Shown piece by piece: positions 16,620-34,526 of a stretch of 64,000 nucleotides of DNA. Made by a program: the position numbers and the translations under genes. The number at the start of each line of letters is the position of its first letter. Position 1 is the first letter of the stretch. Below the pieces are notes generated by a model. The model saw only the letters and a program-made list of their open reading frames with translations, was not told where the DNA came from and made no database searches. Source of the DNA: the human T2T-CHM13v2.0 reference genome, Homo sapiens; assembly GCF_009914755.1 (NCBI RefSeq), contig NC_060926.1. One strand, 5' to 3'.

Positions 16620-17760
16620 TCATTAACTGTTTCAACAAAGACTTACTGCTAATGCTTTTATTTTTAAATATCAAAGACATTTTAAAAATATCTATACCAG
16701 TTAGAAACTTGTGGCAGAGAAGTTTCTAAGCTTTTAAATAATTAAATGTGTTTATATTTCTCCATTGTGACACACATTAAAATTACTGTAAAACTCAGAA
16801 TTTCCTCTGGAGGAATAATAGTATTTTCTCACAGATTTTAATGCAGTGATGAATATATACACATATATAGTCATCCATCCATATATTACTATTTATTGAA
16901 ATTTTCTTTTATTGTATGAGTCAAAGATAATCTCTTTCCAAACTTAAACTACCATTACCTTTTAAGAAATAATTATTTCCTTCAGTCTTATGCTTTCATT
17001 GTAATACATAAATCATGTAGTCAGAAAACAGTATTGATTTGGGGCTATAAATTTCTTATTAAAAGTCTGTTTAATCTTCTATACAATAACCCCACTAATT
17101 AGTGTTGCTTCACAGTGTATTTTAAAAATCTGGTGGATCAGCATTTATCTTCATCCCCTACTCTCAATATTCTTGTCTATTTCAAATGATTTTAAGCATT
17201 ATTTTGATCAACAATTCCTTTATTAATGTGAAATATTTAGACTTTCCATCCAATAACACAGAATATTTCTCATTTAATTTACGTGTTCTTGTTTTTCTCA
17301 AAAAATTATAAATTTTTAAAGAGGAATCTTGAGTTACTTTTCTGCTGGGCTATATTTTTAAAAAAAACATTTTCATATATGTAAATAAAACTGACATATA
17401 GTAATGCTATTGGTTCCAAAAATTTTCTTCTTATAATAGAAACATTAGACACCATCAAAATAAGCACTGGAAAATAGTAACATGCATTCTCACATTGCAG
17501 AAAATCAAGTAAGCAAGTAGTAATAAAAACACTCATCATTTAACATTCTGCTTGCCACATAGGTGCTAAAATATCTTCATTTAGAAATTATCTACTTTGT
17601 GACTTCTAATTAGTAGTGTGCTATTTAGGACACAGTAACAACATTTTAGTCTAGTTGTGGAAATATTTAAGTCTTTTCACTTCAAGATTACTGTAAGATT
17701 AAAAACATGTAATAATTTAAAAATTGAATAAAATAATACAAAAATTTTGTCTTAACTTAC

Positions 17761-17895
17761 AATTACCTGCTGGTCAGAAGAAATAGATTCTAATGCTTTC
17801 TGAATAACGCGGCAGCCATACATCTGCAAGGCTAAGGGTAGAACATGACCACGAATACGAGTAGCCAGGGCTAATTTTTGATCCAGACTCCCAAA
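17761..17895 (-). CDS. PUM2: PUM2 exon (FGSLDQK...MYGCRVIQ...SSDQQ[VI]); two donors, exon ends at 17767 or 17761
   Basis: 129 or 135 nt; CAG|GTAATT|GTAAGT tandem donors. Confidence 0.96.
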
Positions 17896-18174
17896 CTGAC
17901 AGAAAAGATATAACATTAATAACAAGTGACCTTAATATTGCTTTGTTGAACTTGAGTAAGGCAGTGTTTGCAGTCTATTCATTCTATCAGTAACTATGTA
18001 GGGCAGGGGCTTTAAGGTAGAAGCTAATTAAGATAGACTGGGAAATGTTTCCAATAATAATTTTTTATTACTTCTTTGGGTTAAGTCTTACTAAAATTTC
18101 CTTGTTACTAATATGTTAACTACCTTTTAAAGAAACACTCTTTTAAAGTGAACATCTTTACAAAACCCTTCATC

Positions 18175-18491
<317 letters not shown>

Positions 18492-18809
18492 AAAACCCTT
18501 CATCTTTAATATATAACTTTCTTAGCCATATGTTGACCACCAAAACTCTTCACCCAGATAATCATCAAACTACATTCTGATATGATTGAGGAAAAAACTG
18601 TTAAAGTCATTAAGCTACAACACAGATGCTTATAAATTTAAAAATTGGCTAAACTGTAAAATAACACACATCTATAAATCCAAAGACTATAGTGTTATTC
18701 ATTAACTACTTTACCAAAGATTGACTACCAATGCTTTATATTTTCAAATATGAATCAGGATTAATAGCAAATTTTCATTTAAAGTGGTTCATGTTAAAAT
18801 TTTTTTTGT

Positions 18810-19745
18810 GACAAACTGCCATTTGAACCATTTTTAGCTAGGTGATTGAGTAGCATTAATTATATTCACACTGTTGTGCAACCACCATCACTATCACTAT
18901 TTGTTTCCAAATCTTTTCCGTGGCCTCAAACACAAATGCTGTATCCATTAAATGGTAACTTTCTAAACCCTTCTTCCTCTAGGCCCAGTAACCCCTAATC
19001 TACTTTATGCCACTATTAGTTATTCTAGACATTTCATACTGGTAGATCACTATCAATGTTTGTCCTTTTGTGTGTGGCTTGTTTCACTTAAGTTAGTATT
19101 TTCAAGGTCCATCCATGTTGTAGTATGTATCAGAACGTCATTCCTTTTTATGGCTGAATAATATTCTATAATGTATACATATACCACTTGTATTTATCTA
19201 CTCATCTGTTGACGGACACTTGGGCTGTTTCCGCCTTTTGGCTATCGTGAATAATGGTGCAATATATACTGGTGTTCAGGTTCCTGCTTTCAATTCATTT
19301 GCTTTCAATTGTACCCCTAGGAGTACAATTGCTGGATTGTGTGGTGATTCAATATTTAATTTTGAGAAACTGCCAAACTGTTTTCCATAGCAGCTACACC
19401 ATTTTACATTTCCACCAGCAATTTATGAGGGCTCTAATTTCTCCATATCCTCATCCACATTTGTTATTTTCCGATTTTATGTTTTCCGATTACAGTCATC
19501 TTAGTAGGTATAAAATGGTATCTCATTGTGAGATTGATCTGCATTTCCCTGATTAGTAAGGATGTTGAGCATCTTTTCATGGCCTATGTGGCCTTTTGTA
19601 TTATTTTACATAGAGAAATGTCTGTGCAAGTCCTTTGTCCATTTGTCATTTGGGTTGTCTTTTTGTTGTTGACTTTTTAGGAGTTCATTACAATATATCC
19701 TGGATAAAATGTTTACCGCATATATAATTTGTAAATATCTTATCC
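18810..19745 (-). mobile_element. L1 (L1MB-like) 3' fragment
   Basis: ttgtgcaaccaccatcac...catccatgttgtag...gaaactgccaaactgttttccatagcagct...gatgttgagcatcttttcat. Confidence 0.85.
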
Positions 19746-19756
19746 CTGGCTTATTA

Positions 19757-20008
<252 letters not shown>

Positions 20009-20445
20009 TTAATATGACAATATGTTTTTTAATACACTTGAGTATTACACCCTACCCTTCCACATATATGCACTGCAAGTTATTTCCATAAATATTACCA
20101 TACTTTATATAGTAGACAGCTAACTTACAGCAAAAAGGACAAAAGTTATATAGCATTTCTTTATAACACCTTATCTAAAGATAGAGTGACAAAAAACCTG
20201 GATATAAAGATGTTTAATCTTTCTTAGGTTGGTTACATTATAATCAATAAGAAAATTACGTAAATTTTGCTGCTTATTCATTTATTTTTCATAATATACA
20301 ATGTATTACTAAACATCTAACTTTTAGAACATAATAAAGGAAACCCTTAGAAGTAAAATTCATCCAACATGAATGAATTCCTAAGCAAGAAAGCCATTCT
20401 GGGTGACACAAGGCTCATTTGTTACTCTGAAGGAACTACCAACTA

Positions 20446-22101
<1,656 letters not shown>

Positions 22102-22725
22102 TATAGGGAGACAAAATTTGTACACCATCTAATCTAAAATGACTTAAAAACTTGAGGTTTACCTTAAAGCTATAAAGAGAGAAAATATCTTAAATTTATC
22201 AAATGTGTTACAATTCTATTTTCCTTTCTAAGCTATCTTTACAATGTTAATTCAGATGTATCTCTCATGTATTACATTCGTTTTAATGTAAAAAGGCACC
22301 AAATTTTCCTATAACAAATGTGAAATGTTTCAGTCTAAGCCAAGTCACACTGAATACCAACCTATAATGCAACACAAAGGCATTTAACATTGTTTGCTAT
22401 ATTTTTTAAACACACCATGAGGGTCACTTAAGCCCACAAATGTAATACAGAGCCGATGTAATCAAAATAATCCAATGGAGGGGGCCCTGCTATATTCTCA
22501 TCATAACAATATTCTCACTGTAAAAAACTGGAAAACTATAAAAAATTAAAACCCGTATTTTTATAATTTATCCTAACATGAAAGAAAAAACATATAATCC
22601 ATATTGAATTTTAGCTCTTAAAACCTTCCAACTTTAATGCAGACTAAAGTCCAGAAAAATTTAAGCTTTTATAAGGCAGCAATTTTCAAAGCAAAAATGA
22701 AGTGAGAAATATCATAATCACCTAC

Positions 22726-22993
22726 CTAGAACCATGCTGGTCTTGAGAAAACTCAACTATATGTCCAATCAAGTCTCTAAGCTGAAGGTTTGGGAAGCGG
22801 TTGTTTCTGAAATCTTCCAATAATCTACTGCGGCCAGAAGGCATAATATCAGACCTATTATACCGAAGCCGGGAAGGAGGAAAGAGCTGGCTGCTGGAGC
22901 TAAATAGACTGGAAGTGCTTGAAGCACTTCGATATTTTGCTTCTGCTCCAGGTGCTGCAGAGATATATCGACCACTACCATTTGTCAGTCCTC
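22726..22993 (-). CDS. PUM2: PUM2 exon (G|[20 protein letters not shown]...[12 protein letters not shown]...QDQHGS), start of the Pum-HD
   Basis: 268 nt, tgtag/gtaggt. Confidence 0.97.
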
Positions 22994-23589
22994 CTACAAC
23001 AAAGCAGCTATGGTCAGCAAGTATTTTTGACAAAGTTATTCCTCAAATAAAATTTACTTTAGCTACAAATTCAGTCAATAAAGAAATATTTCCCCCCACT
23101 AATTCCTACTTGTTATGACAGAAAATTAAAATTGGGAGGGGAAAATCTCACCCATATACCTCATGTATGTGGCTATATGATAAAGAGACTAGAAAACATG
23201 AGAAAAATAAGTGTGTATTTATTCTTCAGCAGCTTAGTTTAAAACTTAATTATATGATCTAGTGTCATATGCACTCATAAATGTCAGAACACTGAAACTA
23301 CCAACAAAATTTTCAGTTACATTAACAAGCAAGTTTAAATTGCTAGCAAACTTACATTTTAAGCCACTGAAATAGACTGAAATTCATTAGCATTATTAAC
23401 ACAATAACATTGAATGTTAAATCTCTAGTTTTTGCATTCGGTCATATATACTTCTATGTAAAAATAAATCAATTCTTACCATCATACCACTGATGGTATG
23501 AACTTTAAAAAGCCACAATATTAGGTAATAAATCTAAATTATACACTATTTTAAGATTTTAAAATTTTTATTTAAAATATTTGACATAA

Positions 23590-23940
<351 letters not shown>

Positions 23941-24576
23941 CTATTTCACAAACAATAGTATTAATAAACAGCAGTTATTATTCCTAGAGCCTTATCATTT
24001 ACAATAAATAAAAAACATTTTTAACTTACATTCCGTTCCAAGAAAGAAAATCAAAGAGCAGTCAATAGAAATAAAAATAAATACATGCAGGAAATTTTTT
24101 AAATTACAATTAACAGTTTAAAAGTACTTGACAGTGTCCTTTTAAAAAAGAAAAATGTATAGATAGTTGTAAAATACACATTAGTAGAGTTCAGAAAAAC
24201 AAAATCCACTACCAGCATCATGCTATTATTATATGCAAAATCTATGCAGAGTAGTACTATATATACAATCCAGGCCACAGGGTAGAGATGGTCCCAAGGA
24301 TACACTGTCAGTGCAAAGCTATACGGAGGTATTAAAGGTCGAAAAGGACTACAAGGACAGAGAGCAGTAAAACAGTCAAATCCTGGAGAGTAAATTGGGT
24401 TAGAACATTCCTCTTTCACTTTCTGTCCCTACTGTCCTAGCTTTACTTTTTTTCATTGAACTTCCTATTACATAGCATATCATGCATTATTTATTTGAAT
24501 CCCCAGCCCCATCTCCAATCCAAGAGCCATAAAATTAATTTACATGCTAGCTACCTGGTGCCTGGAACAATGTCTA

Positions 24577-24803
<227 letters not shown>

Positions 24804-25690
24804 TTAAGAAGCTATCTTACACACCAAAATCACTAAGATCAAATTCTTGTTTGGTCCAGTTATACTTAACTATCTCAGCACCCATGCATGATATTCAAAA
24901 CGTTCAAGAGTTCAGTGTTTCAATACTGTCTCACTACTGCCAGCCTTTCCACTTCCATTATTTGTTTACGTATTTCTAACTGTTCGTAACAATAATTGAT
25001 CACTAGCCCATCTGATTCTTTAAAATTGGGTCCTTATCACATCTGCACAGCCACTGGGTTTTCTCTAGCATCTTTGCCCTTTTAGAAGGGCAGGGGTGCT
25101 TTGCTTATCATTTCAATTTGGTTAAAATTTTTTCTTAATCAGCTGAATTTAAGATTCACCAATCCAATTTTATACACATCAATTGTATTTTTCCTTTCAA
25201 AGTCCATTTTTGATGATGTCACTTTATGATAAAAACCTACAGCATCCTGATAAGAGTACTTGCTCTAAGATCTTCAACCTAGTTTTCAAGTCATTAATCC
25301 AAACCTATTTTTCACACAAATTTCTTAGTAGTACCCTAACTGTTCACATCCCCCACCCCACTTACTCGTTACTATTTCTTATCATTACCTCAAACATACC
25401 CTTAATGCATTAAAGATTTTCGACACCAAATTCAAAATACGTACTCACCCCAGGAAATGAAGAAGCCGGTTTTATTTGGTACCTCCCAAATATCCTGCCA
25501 ATAAGCAACAGGAATTTCTCCCATATCTAGGTATTCTTTTATTGATATTCTATCAGCTCCTAACAACAGAACTCCTGTGCACATCGTATACAATATCTAA
25601 TAATATTACACTGCCTTGAATTTTAAAAAACCATAGACATTCAGTTCTAGAAGACTAAGTGGTCTTCTCATATATGAAATTTACAAATTT

Positions 25691-26048
25691 GGCCAGGCGC
25701 GGTGGCTCACGCCTATAATCCCAGCATTTTTGGGAGGCTGAGGAAGGCACATAGCTCGAGGTCATGAGTCTGAGACCAGCTTGGGCAACATGGCAAAACC
25801 CCATCTCTACAAAAAATACAAAAATTAGCCAGGAGTGGTGGTGTGTGCCTGTAGTCCCAGCTACTTGGGGAGGGTGAGGTTGCGAGGATCGCTTGAGCCT
25901 GGGAGGCAGAGGTTGCAATGAGATGAGATTGTGCCACTGCACTCCAGCCTGGACAACAGAGCAAGACCTTGTCTCAAAAACGAAACAAAACAAAACAACA
26001 ACAACAACAACCCCCCCACCAAAAAAAAAAAAAGAGAAAAAGAAAAAA
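25691..26048 (+). mobile_element. Alu (AluJ-type)
   Basis: Dimer with compound tail. Confidence 0.92.
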
Positions 26049-26458
26049 ATATTCTCCAGAAACTAATTCACTGAAAGGACGAACTATCACCAATTAATTT
26101 CACCCAGGGAAGCATACCTTTTCTCTCACAAATAAGTGTGTAAAACCCAATTTTTAACATACATTAGACATTTTAAATTTTGTTGTCTAAATATTGAAAG
26201 CAGATCATCTAAAATATCTGGAGATTGAGACATTCTATGAAACAGGCCTATACCCTTTAAAAATGTCAAGGTCATAAAAAACAGAAACAGTTCGAGATTA
26301 AAGAAAAGAGCAGTGATGAAAGTAATCCGTGATCCTCAATTTGACAATGGGCCCCCATTGTCAATCTCCCTTTCTCTTTCTTATAAAGGTAATCAGTGTG
26401 ATAAGTAGCAAAGTTGGAATAAAGTTGGCTGCTTTGATTAGTGGTTTATCAGTGTTAA

Positions 26459-26854
<396 letters not shown>

Positions 26855-27813
26855 CACTTGCAACTTCCTTTCAAAAGTAAACCCAAATAGTGTTGTGGAT
26901 GAGGGGAAGAAGAGAGGGAGAGAGAATCATACAGCCAATGTGATAAAGCGGTAACATCTGGAAAACATGGGTGAAGGGTATAGTTTTGCAATTTTCCCAT
27001 TAGTCTCAAATTATCCCAGAATTGGTTAAAAACAAACACATAAACAGGTCATCCATATTCATACTTCTGCTGCTGGTAGTCTAAAAGCAGCTATGTTCTG
27101 CACCAAAAGTATTAAAAGAGATAAGGTCTTTTCATTTCGTCATTCAGTCCCCACTATCATTCATGACTGTTTAATCACTATCTGCCTAAGAGTGTATATA
27201 GGACATGTAGATCAGTACTATAATTCCACAGATGAGGTCACTATGGTCCAATGGTCCAGTGGTCCAAAAGGTATGGGACATGCAGCTAGTCAGCCAAGAC
27301 CCTTAGGCCAGAGCTTATCTCATACGACAGTGTGCCAATCTTCTGTGCTATTTACATCTTTCATGTTCATTCATGAGAACTTTAATTGGTTCCAGGACCC
27401 ACACAAGAAACCAAAAATCTGTGGAAGCTGAACTCCAGTAGTTTAGCCTTATGTAAACTATGAATACGAAAGGCAAGACCTCCGTATCTACAAGTTTCAC
27501 CTTTATCCAAGGATGCAGAATCTGTGGAGATAAAGCAGGTCCTCCGCGGGGCAAGGGGTGCTGGGGGAGACCGTAAGTGAAACCACCACAAAATAAAGAA
27601 ATCTGTCTAGCCTTCATTTTTCATTATTTTCTACCCTCTGGGATTGGAATGACAGCTACTCAATCTATGAGGCCTGTTTAAGAATACAGATTCCTGACCC
27701 TTACTTAAGACATAGATAATTACTCCTTCTGGAAAATCCACCTGAAGGATATTCTGATAGAAGAGTATGGGGACTAATTAATTAGAATAAAAATAATTTA
27801 ATTCTTCATTTTA

Positions 27814-28212
<399 letters not shown>

Positions 28213-28688
28213 TCATGCACACAGGGTGAATGCTGAAATAAAAATATAAAACAGAAGTTACAGAAAGATAGCATTTCTTTCCAGATTAATATATAAATGA
28301 CTCAAATGTGTGGGGCATTTTCATTTTTTTCCCTCAGAATTTAAAATTTTTTGTATGTCTATTGCATGTAAAGTATAAATCTTTTTTTGTTTCTGAAATG
28401 TGGCAGGTGGTTGGACTATTATTTTATGATACATCATTTGTAACACTGCTGTATGAGAATGCTATCCTCTTAATAGCCTATGAGGCAGACATATCTCCAT
28501 TTTACTTGTGAGACAACAGCTTAGAGAATCTAAATAACTTATCCAAGAAAGCACAGCTAATAATTAGGCTGAATTTTTGTTTACCATTATGTCTAAAAAA
28601 TTCATGTAAAGTTGTCAGTCATACTCTGCTATGCTTCCTAGAGAATGTTTAATCTCACATGCCATTCTTAAGTCTGCAAAATGACTGA

Positions 28689-29015
<327 letters not shown>

Positions 29016-30824
29016 AATGCTTATAATAACTATACATTTGCCATATAAAGACACAACAATTTTATTGGAGGAAAGACTAAGACTACAATGAGTTTAAAAA
29101 AACAAAGTGGGCATATTTAAAAGTATAATCTTCCACATCATTTTAATAGGCTGTTATAAAAATACACACATGTCAAACGTACTACCTTAAAACTGTTAAT
29201 TTTATGACAATATGCAAGCAAACATTAGATGCAAATTACAAGCCAAGTGTTCTAAAATACAAAATAAAAATCTGTTGTTTCCGTTTCTATTGCTTGTGAT
29301 TCTTTTCTATCAGCAATTTTTAAAAATCTTACCTTTTATTATAGTCTTTACTGGTTAAACTTAAAAAAATAAAGGGCAGACTATCACCATACAAGGTATT
29401 TAACAATCTTCCCTCATTCATCAAGGGGAATTTAAACAGACTAAGTAATAACATACTTAGTTAACATAACATAGTCTTCAGACTAGTTATGACATCATTT
29501 CCATCAATAACCCACCCTGTCAATTTCCATTACCCTATCAAAAGGGGGTAATGTATAGTTCCAAAAGTTGCCTCAATTTTTTATCTTTAGTGAAAACTAC
29601 CTCCTCTTGTGACTGATGGACACAAGAACATTTTAAAAAACCTACCCCTAACCCCGCAAAAGAGTAGTAGTAGTAGGATGAGTTCGAGTAGCCTAATAGG
29701 AACCTGTTGGCTTTTCCCTGCATATGTCATATGACCCTGTCAGATTTGGCCTAAATTCTTTCCTTTGGTTAATACATTTGGTAATAAGTTAACAAACGAG
29801 CAAGCCATATCTGAATTTCCTTTTAAATATTCCAGCTGAGATTTCATGGCCAGTTGCCTTTCTGATTGGAGTGAAGAAAAATTATAGGAGCTGGGATTGT
29901 TTCTCTTAAACCATGATTACTAAGGATTTATGCAATCTTAAAGCTTGCTTCAAAAGCTGTGAATACTGGAATAAATTCTGATCCTACACAAACATTATGG
30001 GTACATTTATTGTCTCTCTTGATGGGGTCATTGTGGTGGTGGGAAGAGGGCTGAAGAACTGGGAAGGTAAAAAACAAACACACACACACACACAAAACAA
30101 AAACTCCACAACTGACTGTCAAAACTTCATTTTCATAATGCAATGTTCTAAAGAGTATGATCTTGGCACACTGAACAAAGAAAACACTGATTGAGAACAG
30201 CCAAATAATGCTTTAATATAGTAATCTATGTAGGATACCAAGTAATTTTTAAAAAGGAAGTGTCCTTACTCAATAATAAATTCATCAATAAAACAAAGAA
30301 ACAAAACCACTCAAATTCAATTACCCAAACATTCAATGAAATCTGAGTATTTTTAGTTGTAGAAAAAGGCCTGGGCTTTCTTGTTTCTAATCTAGTGGAG
30401 AAAATAAACCTAGAAACAATTCCATTATAATCCAATGTGTGCTAATTTTGGTTCAAAAAACCCATAAAGGAAAATAATTCCAATGAAATCACTATGTTTC
30501 TACAGAATAAGATTATGAAATAAAGTGAAATAAGACAAGAACATTACAATCATTATATTGTAACTGCTGTTTTTATCTGTATTTACCACAAAGCTACAAA
30601 CTCGATGACAGTGAATAAGGATGTTTTTTTCTCCTAGTCAAGCAGAGGCTGGCTTCAATATTGTATTGAACACAGATATTCAATATTGAATAAGTAACAA
30701 TTTTAATCACATAATTCTAAAAAGGAGTCTAATAAAACTATAGAAAAGATAAAATAGCAATTACTTTCAGTAATTAGAAATAAAAACAAAACTTGCTATT
30801 TATATACTATTTACAGTATTTTAA

Positions 30825-31143
<319 letters not shown>

Positions 31144-31404
31144 TTTTAACTTAAAATTAGTAATGAAATATTTAAAAGACCCTTAAAGTAAATAGCATTT
31201 AATTTGGATTAAAGATCAATTGTTAGCAAGTGAAAAACCCAAAAAAGCCAATAACACTGACATTCAAACTCACTTTTTCCACAAAGTCACAATAGGTTAA
31301 ATTATATTTTACTACAATTTTATAAAAAGTTTACAAAGATGTGAAACATAGGAAACATGGTCCTTTTAATTTATTCGGATAGGTATTAGAAATAAAAGCA
31401 TCCT

Positions 31405-31745
31405 GACCAGGCATGGTGGCTCACACCTGTAATCCCAGCACTTTGGGAGACCGAGGCAAGTGGATCACCTGAGGTCAGGAGTTCAAGACCAGCCTGACCA
31501 ACATGGTGAAAACCCGTCTCTACTAAAAATACAGAAATTAGCTGGGCGTGCTGGCAGGCGCCTGTAATCCCCACTACTCAGGAGGCTGAGGCAGGAGAAT
31601 CGCTTGAACCTGGGAGACAGGCTGCAGTGAGCTGAAATCGCACCATTGCACTCCAGCCTGGGGGGCAGAGCAAGACTTCGTCAAATGAATGAATGAATGA
31701 ATGAATGAATGAATGAATGAATGAATAAATAAATAAATAAATAGA
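31405..31745 (+). mobile_element. Alu with a (GAAT)n(AAAT)n microsatellite tail
   Basis: Dimer consensus, tetranucleotide tail ~31684-31742. Confidence 0.93.
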
Positions 31746-34492
31746 AAAGCATCCTTTGAGAAGCAGTACAACATCTGGAAGAAGCCAGATAAACGTGGGC
31801 TCAAATTTTTGGTTCTGCCTCTTACTAACTTCATGAATATAAGTCACGTAATTTCTTTGAGAATAAAGCGTGTTTGTGTGCATATGTGTATGTGTGGTGT
31901 GAAACAGAAGTCAAAGTTCATTCCCCCTCATTTGGATATTCAACTACTCCTGCCCAAGTCACTGAAACACCTGTTTTTCTCATATACACTGGAGTGGCAA
32001 CTTGGTCATTAGGTATCTAAATGAGTAGGTCTATTTCTGGATGCACTACTCTGTTCCGCTGTTCTATTTATTTATCCTTGTGCCAATACCGTAGTTTTAG
32101 TTACTGTAGCTTTCTAAGTTCTGGTATCCAGCAGTATTAAGTTTTCTAACTTTGCTTTTCAAAACTGTCTTCACTACTTTTGGTTCTGCTTTTCCATTTT
32201 CATTTTTTGCATCAGCTTATCAATTTCTTTTTAAAACCTAATTTTATTGATAGCGTTCAATCTTTAGACCAACTAGAAGAAAGCTGGTATCTTTATAATA
32301 GGGAGTCTTTCAACCTAAAATATGGTATGTCCTTCCATTTATTTAAGTCATCTGTAACTTCCATCAGCATTTTATAGTTTATAATGTAAAAGATCTTGCA
32401 CTTCTTCTGCTGGATCCATTCCTAGATATATCACAACAAAACCAACTCCAGTGAAAATATTCTCTACATATAAGAAACAACTTTTCAAAGCCATTCTAAG
32501 AGATATATGCTACTTTCATTTTTATGTTATTTGGCTAACACTGCAAATCTCTCATGAAGCACATCTGCCTGTATTTTAAAGGCTACCTTTTGATCCTTAG
32601 GGTACCTTATAAGCATGGTGGAATGGTGTAAATTACAGGTGAATTCTTGGTAGATTAAAATAATCTCTGCCAGCTACAAATTATTTCAAGTCAGTGTTTT
32701 CAAGTGGAGGCTACTGAAAATTTCAGTGGGACGAAACTATTTTTGTGCTGACTATGCAAAGTATAACATCTGGCTACCAGGCATTTAATGCCAATAGAAT
32801 CCCCACAATCATTGTAACGAGCAAACCCTGTTGCCGCACATTTGCAAACTGTTCACATCCTTGTGAAGTCTACTACGAGGCATTTTAAACAAGTGGCCAG
32901 AGTGATTCTGATGCCAAAACACAGGATGGGATCAAGTATTTTCTAGTCTTCAGTTTGTGATTATCTTAACTAAGTAAATTAACTGGTGAAAACTTTCTCA
33001 GACATTAGAACCACAATGTCACTGATAATGTTATTAAAGGATAATAAATAAAAAATTAGTAATCTAAAACAAGTACAACCAAGATCAAGACATTTTTATA
33101 CAGAAAACCAAACATCACAAATTCTTCCATACAACTAGTAACGTAATTTCTTCAAAACATTATTTCCTACTCATCAGCAAATAAATTACTTCTAGGTCTA
33201 CCAGAGGGTTGTAGCTGTTTTTCAATTTATATTAACATGAGAACCTGTAAGTAAGATTCTGTTGAGAGTCGGGTGTGCTGCTCTATACACAGTCCCTAAA
33301 TTGCCTGCCTTAGATTAACAAGTATTCTTATTACAAATAAGAAGTACAAATATAACATATGTGCTTAGACAAGTATTTTTATCTAAATCTCAAGAATAAC
33401 TAAACTGAGAAAGGAACCTAAAAAGCTGGTAATCCTATACATACTTTAACCAAAGAAAAGCATAACTTATACCATAATGAGGTAATCATTAGATTCTGAG
33501 AGGCTAATTAGAATAAGTTATTTATATACTTTGTAAAATTGTTCAGTTCCTATAGAATAGCATAATGGAAAAACGAAGAATAGTATCACGAGTCAGAACT
33601 GGATGCTAGCCTTAATTCTGTTATTCACTGGTTTGGGAAAGTCTATTAATCAACTGATCTTTAATTTCTTCATCTTTAATCAACAAACCACTCTGACAGT
33701 CTATGCCAACAATTAGGATGAAATGAAATATGAATATGAAGGTGCTTTAAGAAAAAAAACTATCGAATGCTATTCAGTTACAGAGAACTGTAACTGCTAA
33801 AGGATAACAGTATTTTCAGTGAATGCTTCGAATAATTCATATTGTTTTCTGCTTTCATTAATGACTGTATGTGAAACTCAGAAAAATGGCAGGTGGCCTT
33901 ACTATCAACTTTGCAGTACTAATTTTACTTCTCTGAATATTTTATCATAAGAGAAGCACAAGACTAAGTCTGCCAAAGGCCAGCAATTTAAACAGAATGA
34001 TTCTAAAAATTTATAATATCTTGCCTATTATTAAAATTTTCTGTAACTGGAAGACAGGTTAGGAAATTTTATAATCCACAGCGAACTAAAGCACAGCTGT
34101 TTACCTGCTGAATACATGACATTCTTCAGACTTCATAGTCCCCTTTCAATAAATTTTACTGGGTTCAAAGCCCACATTACACTTTAGCACCCTTTTTGTT
34201 AAGAAAAAAATAGCTAGTTCAAAAATGAAGAGGTACAGGGCAAGAAGCCGTTAGTTTGTCAAAACCTAAGTTAAATAACAAAAATACGAACACTGCTTTA
34301 TACCTAGTAAGTTCCACATCAATCAAATTACTATGAGCACAAAGACTGGAGTTAAAAAAAATTATCAACACTATATTTAAAAAGTTTATTAGAAGAAGGA
34401 AAACAAGGAAAGAACTAGTCAGCTAGCTCCAGGTAGAAAAATAAGGCAATACTAGAAATATTTAATGTTCTTCACAACAAGTGAAGTATCTC

Positions 34493-34493
<1 letters not shown>

Positions 34494-34524
<31 letters not shown>
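34494..34524 (+). repeat. Orphan A31 homopolymer (U31 in the PUM2 pre-mRNA)
   Basis: No adjacent Alu body. Confidence 0.9.

Positions 34525-34526
<2 letters not shown>

Noticed and set aside
22991-22996. NAGNAG (TAG|GAG) acceptor at the first Pum-HD exon
   Set aside because: GAG is rarely used as an acceptor; low prior without data
25449-25494. Possible 46-nt poison exon (GCAG|...GGG|GTGAGT with in-frame TAA)
   Set aside because: Weak pyrimidine tract and no other support; such GT/AG pairs arise by chance in a 15-kb intron
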